Shown: in pieces, positions 16,579 through 30,113 of the stretch | Layout: the number at the start of each line of letters is the position of its first letter | How positions within the stretch are numbered: the first letter of the stretch is position 1 | Source: Escherichia coli | Lineage (GTDB): Bacteria > Pseudomonadota > Gammaproteobacteria > Enterobacterales > Enterobacteriaceae | DNA: 32,000 bases | Reading direction: 5' to 3' (one strand) | Assembly: GCF_022493235.1 (NCBI RefSeq) | Contig: NZ_CP028741.1 | The notes under the pieces: model-generated | The model's database searches: none | What the model was told of the DNA's origin: nothing | Seen by the model: only the letters and a program-made list of their open reading frames with translations | Made by a program: the position numbers and the translations under genes

Positions 16579-16821
16579 GTGCTTTCGGCAGTCTTCATAA
16601 CCCTGCTCATCTCCCACGTTCTGAATAACAAATTTGCACAGAGCTTATATATACGACATGAGAGCAGGCAGCGCTCGCCGCAGGACCGGATTAGCGACCA
16701 TTGCGAAGCTTTGGGAGTCTGTCCGGTCGAGGAAGCGCAAGGGAGCCGTAACCTGACCGGACTGCTTACGCTCTGATGCCGCCTCCGGTTTTTCTTGCAT
16801 ATTGCACATGTTTACAGGTGA

Positions 16822-18253
<1,432 letters not shown>

Positions 18254-18288
18254 GTGTTTAATTTACTTTTACGCTTTTTAAGCATTTT

Positions 18289-18373
<85 letters not shown>

Positions 18374-18374
18374 G

Positions 18375-18410
<36 letters not shown>

Positions 18411-18570
18411 ACAGTCATATTCTACTAGTTTGTATTTTTTAGCCTCATTCTTTGCATGATTCTTTGCTGCGTTAATGTGTCTTTGGTAACCGTCTCATTT
18501 AAACCGTCTTTCGCCTCCCTTTCCTGTTTCCGATACTAATGTCCATTTTCGCAGTAAAGGGACATTTAAG

Positions 18571-19221
18571 ATGAATGCACGAAAGGCGGTACTGGCAGAC
18601 AATCCGGAATTGATCCTGCGTGTGCTACAACTGAGATTTGACGAGTCACTGTCGTACCCGCGCATTTCTGCGCAGACCGGTATCAGCAAACCCGCCATTT
18701 TTTCTCTGGTGAGGCGATTTCACCAGGTATTCACTGACTGGCCTCTTCCCGGGGAATATTCCTGCGTGCAACTGGCCCGGGCTCTGTTCCCGGGGCGATA
18801 CCCTTCAGCCCCGACAGTAACTCAGACTGTGAAAACAGAGAAAACCCGCCGGAACCGATTTTCACCGGAGTTTAAATGGAGACTTGTTCAGCAAACTCTT
18901 TTACCCGGTGCCTGTGTCGCACAAATAGCTCGTGAGAACGGAATCAACGATAACCTGCTCTTTAACTGGCGGCATCTCTGGCGTAACGGCGGCCTGCAGC
19001 CGACCGGCGAACATGAAACATCGCTACTTCCCGTGACGTTAACGCCGGAGCCGGATAATAAAATCCCGGCACCAGTGCAGATACCTGAACAGATAAATAC
19101 ACCGCCCGACAGTCTGTGCTGTGAGCTGGTTCTGCCGGCCGGAACTCTCAGGCTTAAAGGTAAACTGACGCCGGCGTTATTACAGACACTTATCCGCGAA
19201 ATAAAAGGGAGCAGCCACTGA
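18571..19221 (+). CDS. IS66-family accessory protein (orf1/TnpA-like, HTH)
   Basis: 216 aa. The C-terminal half (RRNRFSPEFKWRLVQQTLLPGACVAQIARENGINDNLLFNWRHLW) is the typical IS66 orf1 HTH. The stop overlaps the tnpB ATG (TGATG). The true start is uncertain. Confidence 0.78.
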   Translation: MNARKAVLADNPELILRVLQLRFDESLSYPRISAQTGISKPAIFSLVRRFHQVFTDWPLPGEYSCVQLARALFPGRYPSAPTVTQTVKTEKTRRNRFSPEFKWRLVQQTLLPGACVAQIARENGINDNLLFNWRHLWRNGGLQPTGEHETSLLPVTLTPEPDNKIPAPVQIPEQINTPPDSLCCELVLPAGTLRLKGKLTPALLQTLIREIKGSSH

Positions 19222-19568
19222 TGATATCTCTCCCTGCAGGTTCGCGTATCTGGCTGGTTGCAGGTATCACCGATATGCGAAATGGCTTTAACGGCCTGGC
19301 ATCAAAAGTTCAGAACGTCCTGAAGGATGACCCGTTCTCCGGGCATCTGTTCATCTTCCGCGGACGCCGGGGTGACCAGATAAAAGTGTTGTGGGCTGAC
19401 AGTGACGGACTGTGCCTCTTCACCAAACGCCTGGAGCGGGGCCGCTTCGTCTGGCCGGTCACCCGTGACGGCAAGGTGCACCTTACTCCGGCTCAGTTAT
19501 CCATGCTTCTTGAAGGTATCAACTGGAAGCACCCGAAACGAACGGAACGCGCTGGCATCCGCATATAA
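19221..19568 (+). CDS. tnpB: IS66 Orf2 (TnpB)
   Basis: 115 aa. IWLVAGITDMRNGFNGLASKV…HLFIFRGRRGDQIKVLWADSDGLCLFTKRLERGRFVWP is the conserved IS66 Orf2 signature. Confidence 0.92.
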   Translation: MISLPAGSRIWLVAGITDMRNGFNGLASKVQNVLKDDPFSGHLFIFRGRRGDQIKVLWADSDGLCLFTKRLERGRFVWPVTRDGKVHLTPAQLSMLLEGINWKHPKRTERAGIRI

Positions 19569-19587
19569 CCCGTTGTAAAGTGAGGAT

Positions 19588-21159
19588 ATGGACACCTCAC
19601 TTGCTCATGAGAATGCCCGCCTGCGGGCACTGTTGCAGACGCAACAGGACACCATCCGCCAGATGGCGAAATACAACCGCCTGCTCTCACAGCGGGTGGC
19701 GGCTTATGCTTCCGAAATCAACCGGCTGAAGGCGCTGGTTGCGAAACTGCAGCGCATGCAGTTCGGTAAAAGCTCAGAAAAACTTCGCGCTAAAACCGAA
19801 CGGCAGATACAGGATGCACAGGAGCGAATCAGCGCACTTCAGGAAGAAATGGCGGAAACGCTGGGTGAGCAATATGACCCGGTACTGCCATCTCCCCTGC
19901 GCCAGTCTTCAGCCCGTAAACCGTTACCTGCCTCACTTCCCCGTGAAACCCGGGTCATCCGTCCGGAAGAGGAATGCTGCCCGGCCTGTGGTGGCGAACT
20001 CAGTTCTCTGGGATGTGATGTGTCAGAGCAACTGGAGCTTATCAGCAGCGCCTTTAAGGTTATCGAAACACAACGTCCGAAACTGGCCTGTTGCCGGTGT
20101 GACCATATCGTGCAGGCACCGGTGCCTTCAAAACCCATTGCACGCAGTTATGCCGGAGCGGGGCTTCTGGCCCATGTTGTCGCTGGAAAATATGCAGACC
20201 ATCTGCCGTTATACCGCCAGTCAGAAATATACCGTCGTCAGGGCGTGGAGCTGAGCCGTGCCACACTGGGGCGCTGGACAGGTGCTGTTGCTGAACTGCT
20301 GGAGCCGCTGTATGACGTCCTGCGCCAGTATGTGCTGATGCCCGGTAAAGTCCATGCTGATGATATCCCCGTCCCGGTCCAGGAGCCGGGCAGCGGTAAA
20401 ACCCGAACCGCCCGGCTGTGGGTCTACGTCCGTGATGACCGTAATGCCGGTTCACAGATGCCCCCGGCGGTCTGGTTCGCGTACAGCCCGGACCGGAAAG
20501 GTATCCATCCACAGAATCACCTGGCCGGTTACAGCGGAGTGCTTCAGGCCGATGCTTACGGTGGTTACCGGGCGTTGTATGAATCCGGCAGAATAACGGA
20601 AGCCGCGTGTATGGCCCATGCCCGGAGAAAAATCCACGATGTGCATGCAAGAGCGCCCACCGATATCACCACTGAAGCCCTGCAGCGTATCGGTGAACTG
20701 TATGCCATCGAGGCAGAAGTCCGGGGATGTTCAGCAGAACAGCGTCTGGCAGCAAGAAAAGCCAGAGCTGCGCCACTGATGCAGTCACTGTATGACTGGA
20801 TACAGACTCAGATGAAAACACTGTCTCGTCACTCGGATACGGCAAAAGCGTTCGCATACCTGCTGAAACAGTGGGAGGCCCTGAACGTATACTGCAGTAA
20901 TGGTTGGGTGGAAATCGACAACAACATCGCAGAGAACGCCTTACGGGGAGTGGCCGTAGGCCGGAAAAACTGGCTGTTCGCAGGTTCCGACAGCGGTGGC
21001 GAACATGCGGCGGTGTTGTACTCGCTGATCGGCACATGCCGTCTGAACAATGTGGAGCCAGAAAAATGGCTGCGTTACGTCATTGAGCATATCCAGGACT
21101 GGCCGGCAAACCGGATACGCGATCTGTTGCCCTGGAAAATTGATCTGAGCTCTCAGTAA
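19588..21159 (+). CDS. tnpC: IS66-family DDE transposase (TnpC)
   Basis: 523 aa. Leucine-zipper-like N-terminus, FGKSSEKL, zinc-finger CPACGGEL…[18 protein letters not shown], and a DDE core with HADDIPVPV…LQADAYGGY…CMAHARRK…NIAENALR. Confidence 0.93.
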   Translation: MDTSLAHENARLRALLQTQQDTIRQMAKYNRLLSQRVAAYASEINRLKALVAKLQRMQFGKSSEKLRAKTERQIQDAQERISALQEEMAETLGEQYDPVLPSPLRQSSARKPLPASLPRETRVIRPEEECCPACGGELSSLGCDVSEQLELISSAFKVIETQRPKLACCRCDHIVQAPVPSKPIARSYAGAGLLAHVVAGKYADHLPLYRQSEIYRRQGVELSRATLGRWTGAVAELLEPLYDVLRQYVLMPGKVHADDIPVPVQEPGSGKTRTARLWVYVRDDRNAGSQMPPAVWFAYSPDRKGIHPQNHLAGYSGVLQADAYGGYRALYESGRITEAACMAHARRKIHDVHARAPTDITTEALQRIGELYAIEAEVRGCSAEQRLAARKARAAPLMQSLYDWIQTQMKTLSRHSDTAKAFAYLLKQWEALNVYCSNGWVEIDNNIAENALRGVAVGRKNWLFAGSDSGGEHAAVLYSLIGTCRLNNVEPEKWLRYVIEHIQDWPANRIRDLLPWKIDLSSQ

Positions 21160-21228
21160 ATATCAATACGGTTCTGGTGAGCCGCTTACTGTCTTTGTAT
21201 CTCTTCTTTAGTTTCAGCACTGGCAACA

Positions 21229-21411
<183 letters not shown>

Positions 21412-21414
21412 TAC

Positions 21415-21996
<582 letters not shown>

Positions 21997-22005
21997 CGAA
22001 AAAAA

Positions 22006-22029
22006 GCGGAAGAGGTCGCCCTCTTCCGC
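22006..22029. terminator. Bidirectional terminator between the convergent eamB and grcA genes
   Basis: GCGGAAGAGG-tcgc-CCTCTTCCGC, flanked by an A-run and a T-containing run. Confidence 0.65.
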
Positions 22030-22051
22030 TTAGTAACTTGCTACTTAAGCC

Positions 22052-22435
22052 TTACAGGCTTTCAGTAAAGGTACGAGCGATAACGTCGCGCTGCTGTTCC
22101 GGAGTCAGAGAGTTAAAGCGAACTGCATAACCGGATACACGGATGGTCAGCTGCGGATATTTTTCCGGATGCTTAACTGCATCTTCCAGAGTTTCACGAC
22201 GCAGAACGTTAACGTTCAGGTGCTGACCACCTTCAACGCGAACTTCTGGTTTCACTTCTACTGGAACTTCACGGTACTCAATGTCACCCAGTTTGCTTAC
22301 TGCAACCACTTCGTCTTCTGCAAAACCTGCTTTCGCAACGATGCAACGTGCTTCGCCTTTTTCGCTGTCCAGCAGCCAGAAAGAGTTCAGCAGATCGTCG
22401 TTAGCGGCTTTAGTAATCTGGATACCTGTAATCAT
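22052..22435 (-). CDS. grcA: Autonomous glycyl radical cofactor GrcA (YfiD)
   Basis: ORF trimmed to [33 protein letters not shown] (127 aa). Glycyl-radical motif [11 protein letters not shown]. Confidence 0.96.
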
Positions 22436-22542
22436 GTGATGCCTCCCCGGCAAAATTATTTGATTTGTTCAGCCTGTCGCGGCCAATTGGTAAAACCATT
22501 GTTGCTTGAGTGTATATATACTCCTCAACCACCCTTGATTCT

Positions 22543-22556
22543 TTGATTTAAATCAA
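22543..22556. promoter_or_regulatory. FNR/CRP-class site in the grcA promoter (proximal)
   Basis: Perfect TTGAT-TTAA-ATCAA, about 110 nt upstream of the grcA ATG. grcA (yfiD) is a known FNR-activated gene. Confidence 0.65.
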
Positions 22557-22595
22557 TAAAAACCACACATCAATTGTGGTCGTAAATGGATTTTA

Positions 22596-22609
22596 TTGTT
22601 TTACATCAA
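22596..22609. promoter_or_regulatory. Second, distal FNR-like site in the grcA promoter
   Basis: TTGTT-TTAC-ATCAA, centred 53 bp upstream of the proximal site. Confidence 0.5.
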
Positions 22610-22739
22610 CTTATGCGGGTGTGAAATTTTACCAATTTACATTTTTTTGCACTCGTTTAAGTCTAAAAAATGAGCATGATTTTGTTCTGTAGAAAGAAGC
22701 AGTTAAGCTAGGCGGATTGAAGATTCGCAGGAGAGCGAG

Positions 22740-23429
22740 ATGGCTAACGAATTAACCTGGCATGACGTGCTGGCTGAAGAGAAGCAACAACCTTATTTTC
22801 TTAATACCCTTCAGACCGTCGCCAGCGAGCGGCAGTCCGGCGTCACTATCTATCCACCACAAAAAGATGTCTTTAACGCGTTCCGCTTTACCGAGTTGGG
22901 TGACGTTAAAGTGGTGATTCTCGGCCAGGATCCTTATCACGGACCGGGACAGGCGCATGGTCTGGCATTTTCCGTTCGCCCCGGCATTGCGACACCCCCG
23001 TCACTGCTGAATATGTATAAAGAGCTGGAAAATACCATTCCGGGCTTCACCCGCCCTAATCATGGTTATCTTGAAAGCTGGGCGCGTCAGGGCGTTCTGT
23101 TGCTCAATACTGTGTTGACGGTACGCGCAGGTCAGGCGCATTCCCACGCCAGCCTCGGCTGGGAAACCTTCACCGATAAAGTGATCAGCCTGATTAACCA
23201 GCACCGCGAAGGCGTGGTGTTTTTGTTGTGGGGATCTCATGCGCAAAAGAAAGGGGCGATTATAGATAAGCAACGCCATCACGTACTGAAAGCGCCGCAT
23301 CCGTCGCCGCTCTCGGCGCATCGTGGATTCTTTGGCTGCAACCATTTTGTGCTGGCAAATCAGTGGCTGGAACAACGTGGCGAGAAACCGATTGACTGGA
23401 TGCCAGTATTACCGGCAGAGAGTGAGTAA
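22740..23429 (+). CDS. ung: Uracil-DNA glycosylase
   Basis: 229 aa. Family-1 UDG motifs [22 protein letters not shown] and [13 protein letters not shown]. Confidence 0.97.
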   Translation: MANELTWHDVLAEEKQQPYFLNTLQTVASERQSGVTIYPPQKDVFNAFRFTELGDVKVVILGQDPYHGPGQAHGLAFSVRPGIATPPSLLNMYKELENTIPGFTRPNHGYLESWARQGVLLLNTVLTVRAGQAHSHASLGWETFTDKVISLINQHREGVVFLLWGSHAQKKGAIIDKQRHHVLKAPHPSPLSAHRGFFGCNHFVLANQWLEQRGEKPIDWMPVLPAESE

Positions 23430-23476
23430 ATTTGCGGGAAAATGCCGGATGGCAGCGTTGCCACCCGGCTGAGTTA

Positions 23477-24514
23477 TCAGGCCTTGTTCTGACGCCACCA
23501 TTCACCAAGCAAAACGCCTGTTGCAACAGAGATATTCAGCCCGGCAACGTTGCCCGTACCGTCAATCTTCACGCGCAGATCGTTCGGATCGCGTGCGGCA
23601 TCCGGTAACCCTTCATATTCCTGACCCAGCACCAGTACCATTTTCGCTGGCAGACTGGTTTTGAACAGCGGTTTACCCTGCTCGCTGGAAGTTGTCACTA
23701 CGGTGTAACCCGCCTGACGGAAATCATCCAGCACGTTAACAATGTTGTCGCCAGTAATCGGCTGAACGTGCTCTGCGCCGCCTTCTGCGGTACGGATAGC
23801 CGCACCCGACTCCAGCAGTGCCGCATCCTGCACCACAACGCCTTTCACGCCGAAGTGCGCGCAGCTGCGCATCATGCCACCCAGGTTATGCGGGTTAGAT
23901 TCGTTTTCCAGTGCCAGAACACAATCCTGCGCGCCTGCCTGGCTTACCCACTGCTGCACGGTTGTACCGTTACGCTTTTTGATCAGGAAGCAAACGCCAC
24001 CGTGATGTTCCGTGCCTGACGCTTTTGTCAATTCCGCTTCATCCACCACATGGTACGCTTTGCGGTTTGCCGCCATCCAGCGCAAGGCTTCTTTAAAACG
24101 TGGCGTTACGCTCTGGATAAACCAGGCGCGAACAATCGCTTCCGGACGGCTCTGGAAAAGTGCCTGACATGCATTTTCGCCGTAGACGCGGGTTTCTTCC
24201 GCACGCTGACGACGCAAAACTTCTGGATCAATAAAACTTTTACCACTGATGCCACCATGATCGGCCTTTTCCGGCGTCTCATCACCCGGCGCGCGGAAAA
24301 CCGTGCGCCACGGCGACTCTTCCCACTTGCGGTCACGGGGCTGACTCTGTTTGTCATCGCGGGCGGGGCGACGGCCACCGTCAGCACGAGATTTTCCTGG
24401 ACGCCCGCCCCCTTTCCCGGTACGCGGGTTGTGGGTACGTTTATCAGAATCATCATCACTGCGGACATACATCACTTTGACCTTGCCGCTTTTACCTTTC
24501 ATTTCATCGTTCAT
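23477..24514 (-). CDS. yfiF: SpoU/TrmH-family RNA methyltransferase YfiF
   Basis: ORF trimmed to [17 protein letters not shown] (345 aa). Basic Arg/Gly-rich N-terminus and a C-terminal SPOUT domain ([10 protein letters not shown]…[18 protein letters not shown]). Confidence 0.92.
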   Translation of the reverse strand: MNDEMKGKSGKVKVMYVRSDDDSDKRTHNPRTGKGGGRPGKSRADGGRRPARDDKQSQPRDRKWEESPWRTVFRAPGDETPEKADHGGISGKSFIDPEVLRRQRAEETRVYGENACQALFQSRPEAIVRAWFIQSVTPRFKEALRWMAANRKAYHVVDEAELTKASGTEHHGGVCFLIKKRNGTTVQQWVSQAGAQDCVLALENESNPHNLGGMMRSCAHFGVKGVVVQDAALLESGAAIRTAEGGAEHVQPITGDNIVNVLDDFRQAGYTVVTTSSEQGKPLFKTSLPAKMVLVLGQEYEGLPDAARDPNDLRVKIDGTGNVAGLNISVATGVLLGEWWRQNKA

Positions 24515-24720
24515 GCTTTTCTCCACCAGCGCTGCGCGAAGCGCGCAGATTACCCGAAGTCCGCGCGGTTCGCCATGATTTCGTACCAAAGCCTGCGACT
24601 ATCATACCTATTGAATAAAACAGATTGTTGTCTGGAACAATGTCCCCGATAATATGTAACATATTAGAAACATACCGGCGTCGTTGCCGATAAGTCTCCT
24701 TACTCATCCCGAGGTTAGTT

Positions 24721-25140
24721 ATGAATACCGTTTGTACCCATTGTCAGGCCATCAATCGCATTCCCGACGATCGGATTGAAGATGCGGCAAAATGCGGACG
24801 CTGCGGTCACGACTTGTTTGACGGAGAGGTGATTAATGCGACCGGTGAAACGCTCGACAAATTGCTGAAAGATGATCTACCAGTGGTGATCGACTTCTGG
24901 GCACCGTGGTGCGGCCCCTGCCGTAATTTCGCACCAATTTTTGAAGATGTCGCGCAAGAGCGTAGCGGTAAAGTGCGCTTTGTGAAAGTGAATACCGAAG
25001 CTGAACGTGAATTGAGCAGTCGCTTTGGAATTCGTAGTATACCGACGATCATGATTTTCAAAAACGGTCAGGTTGTCGACATGCTTAATGGCGCAGTACC
25101 GAAAGCGCCGTTCGACAGCTGGTTGAACGAATCTATTTAA
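24721..25140 (+). CDS. trxC: Thioredoxin 2
   Basis: 139 aa. N-terminal zinc-binding CxxC pairs (CTHCQ…CGRCG) and active site WAPWCGPC. Confidence 0.96.
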   Translation: MNTVCTHCQAINRIPDDRIEDAAKCGRCGHDLFDGEVINATGETLDKLLKDDLPVVIDFWAPWCGPCRNFAPIFEDVAQERSGKVRFVKVNTEAERELSSRFGIRSIPTIMIFKNGQVVDMLNGAVPKAPFDSWLNESI

Positions 25141-25208
25141 TCTTACCGGGGCGCATCTTGTGCCCCGTTTTCTCCTCTGCGACAATGGCGTTTTTTCGAC
25201 GCTCTCTT

Positions 25209-25907
25209 ATGACCGAAAACGCTGTTCTCCAGTTACGCGCCGAGCGTATTGCGCGCGCAACACGTCCTTTTCTTGCCCGTGGTAATCGCGTTCGTCGCTG
25301 CCAACGCTGTCTTTTGCCAGAGAAATTATGTCTCTGTTCGACAATTACCCCAGCACAAGCAAAAAGTCGCTTCTGTTTGCTGATGTTCGACACCGAGCCA
25401 ATGAAGCCAAGTAACACCGGGCGTCTGATTGCTGATATTTTGCCTGATACCGTTGCGTTTCAATGGTCGCGTACCGAACCCTCGCAAGATTTGCTGGAGT
25501 TGGTGCAAAACCCGGACTATCAGCCAATGGTGGTCTTTCCCGCTTCGTATGCTGATGAGCAACGGGAAGTGATCTTCACACCACCTGCCGGTAAGCCACC
25601 GCTGTTTATCATGCTCGATGGTACCTGGCCGGAAGCTCGCAAGATGTTTCGTAAAAGTCCGTATCTGGATAATCTTCCCGTCATTTCCGTCGATCTTTCC
25701 CGGCTTTCTGCCTATCGCCTGCGTGAAGCCCAGGCTGAAGGCCAATATTGTACTGCCGAGGTAGCCATCGCACTGTTAGATATGGCCGGCGATACCGGGG
25801 CGGCAGCAGGGTTAGGCGAGCATTTTACCCGCTTTAAAACACGCTATCTGGCAGGAAAAACGCAACATCTGGGTAGCATCACAGCAGAACAGTTAGAAAG
25901 CGTTTAA
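25209..25907 (+). CDS. tapT: DTW-domain tRNA-uridine aminocarboxypropyltransferase (YfiP/TapT)
   Basis: ORF trimmed to MTENAVLQLRAERIARATRPF (232 aa). Cys cluster CQRCLLPEKLCLC and a DGTW motif (MLDGTWPEARKM). Confidence 0.88.
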   Translation: MTENAVLQLRAERIARATRPFLARGNRVRRCQRCLLPEKLCLCSTITPAQAKSRFCLLMFDTEPMKPSNTGRLIADILPDTVAFQWSRTEPSQDLLELVQNPDYQPMVVFPASYADEQREVIFTPPAGKPPLFIMLDGTWPEARKMFRKSPYLDNLPVISVDLSRLSAYRLREAQAEGQYCTAEVAIALLDMAGDTGAAAGLGEHFTRFKTRYLAGKTQHLGSITAEQLESV

Positions 25908-25938
25908 AATCATTCGGTCACTTCTGCGGGAGACCGGT

Positions 25939-28599
25939 ATGAGTCAGCGAGGACTGGAAGCACTACTGCGACCAAAATCGATAGCGGTAATTGGCGCGTC
26001 GATGAAACCCAATCGCGCAGGTTACCTGATGATGCGTAACCTGCTGGCGGGAGGCTTTAACGGACCGGTACTCCCGGTGACGCCAGCCTGGAAAGCGGTG
26101 TTGGGTGTGTTGGCCTGGCCGGATATTGCCAGCTTGCCCTTTACACCCGACCTTGCGGTTTTATGTACCAATGCCAGCCGTAATCTCGCTCTTCTGGAAG
26201 AGCTCGGCGAGAAAGGCTGTAAAACCTGCATTATTCTTTCCGCCCCGGCATCGCAACACGAAGATCTCCGCGCCTGCGCCCTGCGCCATAACATGCGCCT
26301 GCTTGGACCAAACAGTCTGGGTTTACTGGCTCCCTGGCAAGGTCTGAATGCCAGCTTTTCGCCTGTGCCGATTAAACGCGGCAAGCTGGCGTTTATTTCA
26401 CAATCGGCTGCCGTCTCCAACACCATCCTCGACTGGGCGCAACAGCGTGAGATGGGCTTTTCCTACTTTATTGCGCTCGGCGACAGCCTGGATATCGACG
26501 TTGATGAATTGCTCGACTATCTGGCGCGCGACAGTAAAACCAGCGCCATCCTGCTCTATCTCGAACAGTTAAGCGACGCGCGACGCTTTGTTTCGGCGGC
26601 CCGTAGTGCCTCGCGTAATAAACCGATTCTGGTGATTAAAAGCGGACGTAGCCCGGCGGCTCAACGTCTGTTGAACACCACGGCAGGAATGGATCCGGCG
26701 TGGGATGCGGCTATTCAGCGTGCCGGTTTGTTGCGGGTACAGGACACCCACGAACTGTTTTCGGCGGTAGAAACCCTTAGCCATATGCGCCCGCTGCGTG
26801 GCGACCGGTTGATGATTATCAGCAACGGTGCTGCGCCTGCCGCGCTGGCGCTGGATGCCTTATGGTCACGCAATGGCAAGCTGGCAACGCTAAGCGAAGA
26901 AACCTGCCAGAAACTGCGCGATGCACTGCCAGGACATGTGGCAATCTCTAACCCGCTCGATCTGCGAGATGACGCCAGCAGCGAGCATTATGTCAAAACG
27001 CTGGACATTCTGCTCCACAGCCAGGATTTTGATGCGCTGATGGTTATTCATTCGCCCAGCGCCGCTGCTCCCGCAACAGAAAGTGCGCAAGCATTAATTG
27101 AAGCGGTAAAGCATCATCCCCGCAGCAAGTATGTTTCTCTGCTGACGAACTGGTGCGGCGAGCACTCCTCGCAAGAGGCACGACGTTTATTCAGCGAAGC
27201 CGGGCTGCCGACCTACCGTACCCCGGAAGGAACCATCACTGCTTTTATGCATATGGTGGAGTACCGGCGTAATCAGAAGCAACTACGCGAAACGCCGGCG
27301 TTGCCCAGCAATCTGACTTCCAATACCGCAAAAGCGCATCTTCTGTTGCAACAGGCGATTGCCGAAGGGGCTACGTCGCTCGATACCCATGAAGTTCAGC
27401 CCATCCTGCAAGCGTATGGCATGAACACGCTCCCTACCTGGATTGCCAGCGATAGCACCGAAGCGGTGCATATTGCCGAACAGATTGGTTATCCGGTGGC
27501 GCTGAAATTACGTTCGCCGGATATTCCACATAAATCGGAAGTTCAGGGCGTCATGCTTTACCTGCGTACAGCCAATGAAGTCCAGCAAGCGGCGAACGCT
27601 ATTTTCGATCGCGTAAAAATGGCCTGGCCACAGGCGCGGATCCACGGCCTGTTGGTGCAAAGTATGGCTAACCGTGCTGGCGCTCAGGAGTTGCGGGTTG
27701 TGGTTGAGCACGATCCGGTTTTTGGGCCGTTGATCATGCTGGGTGAAGGCGGTGTGGAGTGGCGTCCTGAAGATCAAGCCGTCGTCGCACTGCCGCCGCT
27801 GAACATGAACCTGGCCCGCTATCTGGTTATTCAGGGGATCAAAAGTAAAAAGATTCGTGCGCGCAGTGCGCTACGCCCATTGGATGTTGCAGGCTTGAGC
27901 CAGCTTCTGGTGCAGGTTTCCAACTTGATTGTCGATTGCCCGGAAATTCAGCGTCTGGATATTCATCCTTTGCTGGCTTCTGGCAGTGAATTTACCGCGC
28001 TGGATGTCACGCTGGATATCGCACCGTTTGAAGGCGATAACGAGAGTCGGCTGGCAGTGCGCCCTTATCCGCATCAGCTGGAAGAATGGGTAGAATTGAA
28101 AAACGGTGAACGCTGCTTGTTCCGCCCGATTTTGCCAGAAGATGAGCCACAACTTCAGCAATTCATTTCGCGAGTCACCAAAGAAGATCTTTATTACCGC
28201 TACTTTAGCGAGATCAACGAATTTACCCATGAAGATTTAGCCAACATGACACAGATCGACTACGATCGGGAAATGGCGTTTGTAGCGGTACGACGTATTG
28301 ATCAAACGGAAGAGATCCTCGGCGTCACGCGTGCGATCTCCGACCCTGATAACATCGATGCCGAATTTGCCGTGCTGGTTCGCTCGGATCTCAAAGGGTT
28401 AGGCTTAGGTCGACGCTTAATGGAAAAGTTGATTACCTATACGCGAGATCACGGACTGCAACGTCTGAATGGTATTACGATGCCAAACAATCGTGGCATG
28501 GTGGCGCTGGCCCGCAAGCTCGGGTTTAACGTTGATATCCAGCTCGAAGAGGGGATCGTTGGGCTTACGCTAAATCTTGCCCAACGCGAGGAATCATGA
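25939..28599 (+). CDS. patZ: Protein lysine acetyltransferase PatZ (Pka/YfiQ): CoA-binding/ATP-grasp plus C-terminal GNAT
   Basis: 886 aa. N-terminal CoA-binding LLRPKSIAVIGAS and C-terminal GNAT (FAVLVRSDLKGLGLGRRLMEKL). Confidence 0.95.
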   Translation: MSQRGLEALLRPKSIAVIGASMKPNRAGYLMMRNLLAGGFNGPVLPVTPAWKAVLGVLAWPDIASLPFTPDLAVLCTNASRNLALLEELGEKGCKTCIILSAPASQHEDLRACALRHNMRLLGPNSLGLLAPWQGLNASFSPVPIKRGKLAFISQSAAVSNTILDWAQQREMGFSYFIALGDSLDIDVDELLDYLARDSKTSAILLYLEQLSDARRFVSAARSASRNKPILVIKSGRSPAAQRLLNTTAGMDPAWDAAIQRAGLLRVQDTHELFSAVETLSHMRPLRGDRLMIISNGAAPAALALDALWSRNGKLATLSEETCQKLRDALPGHVAISNPLDLRDDASSEHYVKTLDILLHSQDFDALMVIHSPSAAAPATESAQALIEAVKHHPRSKYVSLLTNWCGEHSSQEARRLFSEAGLPTYRTPEGTITAFMHMVEYRRNQKQLRETPALPSNLTSNTAKAHLLLQQAIAEGATSLDTHEVQPILQAYGMNTLPTWIASDSTEAVHIAEQIGYPVALKLRSPDIPHKSEVQGVMLYLRTANEVQQAANAIFDRVKMAWPQARIHGLLVQSMANRAGAQELRVVVEHDPVFGPLIMLGEGGVEWRPEDQAVVALPPLNMNLARYLVIQGIKSKKIRARSALRPLDVAGLSQLLVQVSNLIVDCPEIQRLDIHPLLASGSEFTALDVTLDIAPFEGDNESRLAVRPYPHQLEEWVELKNGERCLFRPILPEDEPQLQQFISRVTKEDLYYRYFSEINEFTHEDLANMTQIDYDREMAFVAVRRIDQTEEILGVTRAISDPDNIDAEFAVLVRSDLKGLGLGRRLMEKLITYTRDHGLQRLNGITMPNNRGMVALARKLGFNVDIQLEEGIVGLTLNLAQREES

Positions 28600-28712
28600 G
28601 TAAGGTACTGGAAATGTTGACCACTTAATCGGGACTGGTGTTATTATTGCCCGCTTATGTCGTCTGCATTGCACAGAGGACCCTTCAATGAACAGAGAAG
28701 AAATGCACTGTG

Positions 28713-30068
28713 ATGTTGTCAAAATTTAAGCGTAATAAACATCAACAACACCTTGCCCAACTACCCAAGATTTCTCAATCAGTTGATGATGTCGATTTCT
28801 TTTACGCTCCCGCCGATTTCCGGGAGACGCTGCTGGAAAAAATAGCCAGCGCGAAGCAGCGCATTTGCATTGTCGCCCTGTATCTCGAACAGGATGACGG
28901 TGGCAAAGGCATTCTGAACGCGTTGTATGAAGCTAAAAGGCAGCGTCCGGAACTGGATGTGCGGGTGCTGGTCGACTGGCATCGTGCACAACGTGGACGC
29001 ATTGGCGCTGCGGCATCTAACACTAACGCTGACTGGTACTGCCGCATGGCGCAGGAAAATCCGGGCGTAGATGTTCCGGTTTATGGCGTTCCAATCAATA
29101 CCCGTGAAGCCCTTGGTGTTCTGCACTTTAAAGGCTTTATCATCGACGATAGCGTACTTTATAGCGGTGCCAGCCTGAACGATGTTTACCTGCATCAGCA
29201 CGATAAATATCGCTACGACCGTTATCATCTTATCCGTAACCGTAAGATGTCAGACATTATGTTTGAATGGGTTACACAGAATATTATGAATGGCCGCGGC
29301 GTTAATCGTCTGGATGATGTTAATCGGCCAAAAAGCCCGGAAATCAAGAACGATATTCGTCTGTTCCGCCAGGAGCTGCGTGATGCCGCTTATCATTTCC
29401 AGGGCGATGCCGACAACGATCAGCTTTCCGTAACGCCGCTAGTGGGGCTGGGGAAATCGAGTCTGTTGAACAAGACCATTTTCCATCTTATGCCTTGTGC
29501 CGAGCAGAAACTAACCATCTGTACGCCATACTTCAACCTGCCAGCAATCCTTGTGCGCAATATTATCCAGTTGCTGCGCGAAGGGAAAAAGGTCGAAATT
29601 ATTGTTGGTGATAAAACCGCGAATGACTTCTACATTCCGGAAGATGAACCTTTCAAGATAATTGGCGCATTGCCTTATCTCTATGAGATCAATCTGCGTC
29701 GTTTCCTGAGCCGTTTGCAGTATTACGTCAATACTGACCAGCTAGTGGTTCGGTTATGGAAAGATGACGACAACACCTATCACCTGAAAGGGATGTGGGT
29801 TGATGATAAGTGGATGTTGATCACCGGTAATAACCTGAACCCGCGCGCCTGGCGTCTGGATCTGGAAAACGCCATTTTGATCCACGATCCGCAACTTGAG
29901 CTGGCGCCACAGCGAGAGAAAGAACTGGAGCTGATCCGCGAGCATACCACCATCGTTAAGCACTATCGCGATCTGCAAAGTATTGCCGATTATCCGGTGA
30001 AGGTTCGTAAACTCATCCGCCGTTTGCGCCGTATCCGCATCGACCGATTAATTAGCCGCATCCTGTAA
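28713..30068 (+). CDS. pssA: CDP-diacylglycerol-serine O-phosphatidyltransferase (phosphatidylserine synthase)
   Basis: ATG one codon inside ORF 28710..30068. 451 aa starting MLSKFKRNKHQQHLAQLPK. Two PLD-type HKD motifs (LHFKGFIIDD and YHLKGMWVDD). Confidence 0.96.
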   Translation: MLSKFKRNKHQQHLAQLPKISQSVDDVDFFYAPADFRETLLEKIASAKQRICIVALYLEQDDGGKGILNALYEAKRQRPELDVRVLVDWHRAQRGRIGAAASNTNADWYCRMAQENPGVDVPVYGVPINTREALGVLHFKGFIIDDSVLYSGASLNDVYLHQHDKYRYDRYHLIRNRKMSDIMFEWVTQNIMNGRGVNRLDDVNRPKSPEIKNDIRLFRQELRDAAYHFQGDADNDQLSVTPLVGLGKSSLLNKTIFHLMPCAEQKLTICTPYFNLPAILVRNIIQLLREGKKVEIIVGDKTANDFYIPEDEPFKIIGALPYLYEINLRRFLSRLQYYVNTDQLVVRLWKDDDNTYHLKGMWVDDKWMLITGNNLNPRAWRLDLENAILIHDPQLELAPQREKELELIREHTTIVKHYRDLQSIADYPVKVRKLIRRLRRIRIDRLISRIL

Positions 30069-30113
30069 TCACAACCCCGTCCTGTACGGGGTTTGTTTTT
30101 TGGAGGCCACGTT

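Larger units (their letters stand above)
18486..21189 (+). mobile_element. IS66-family insertion sequence (2,704 bp)
   Basis: Terminal inverted repeats GTAACCGTCTCA…AACCGT (left) and GTAAGCGGCTCA…AACCGT (right, reverse complement). Perfect 8-bp target duplication TGTCTTTG at 18478-18485 and 21190-21197. Three-ORF IS66 organisation. Confidence 0.93.

Noticed and set aside
16741-16775. Group II intron domain V-like motif (GAGCCGTA...TTACGCTC)
   Set aside because: Only the first 8 nt resemble the domain V consensus. There is no GNRA tetraloop, no other intron domains and no reverse transcriptase ORF, and the whole spacer is only 246 bp.
16579-16776. 65-aa ORF between g1 and g4
   Set aside because: It starts at a GTG directly abutting the g1 stop, without an SD. 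Its composition is atypical for the phage, and the region is better explained as structured non-coding DNA.
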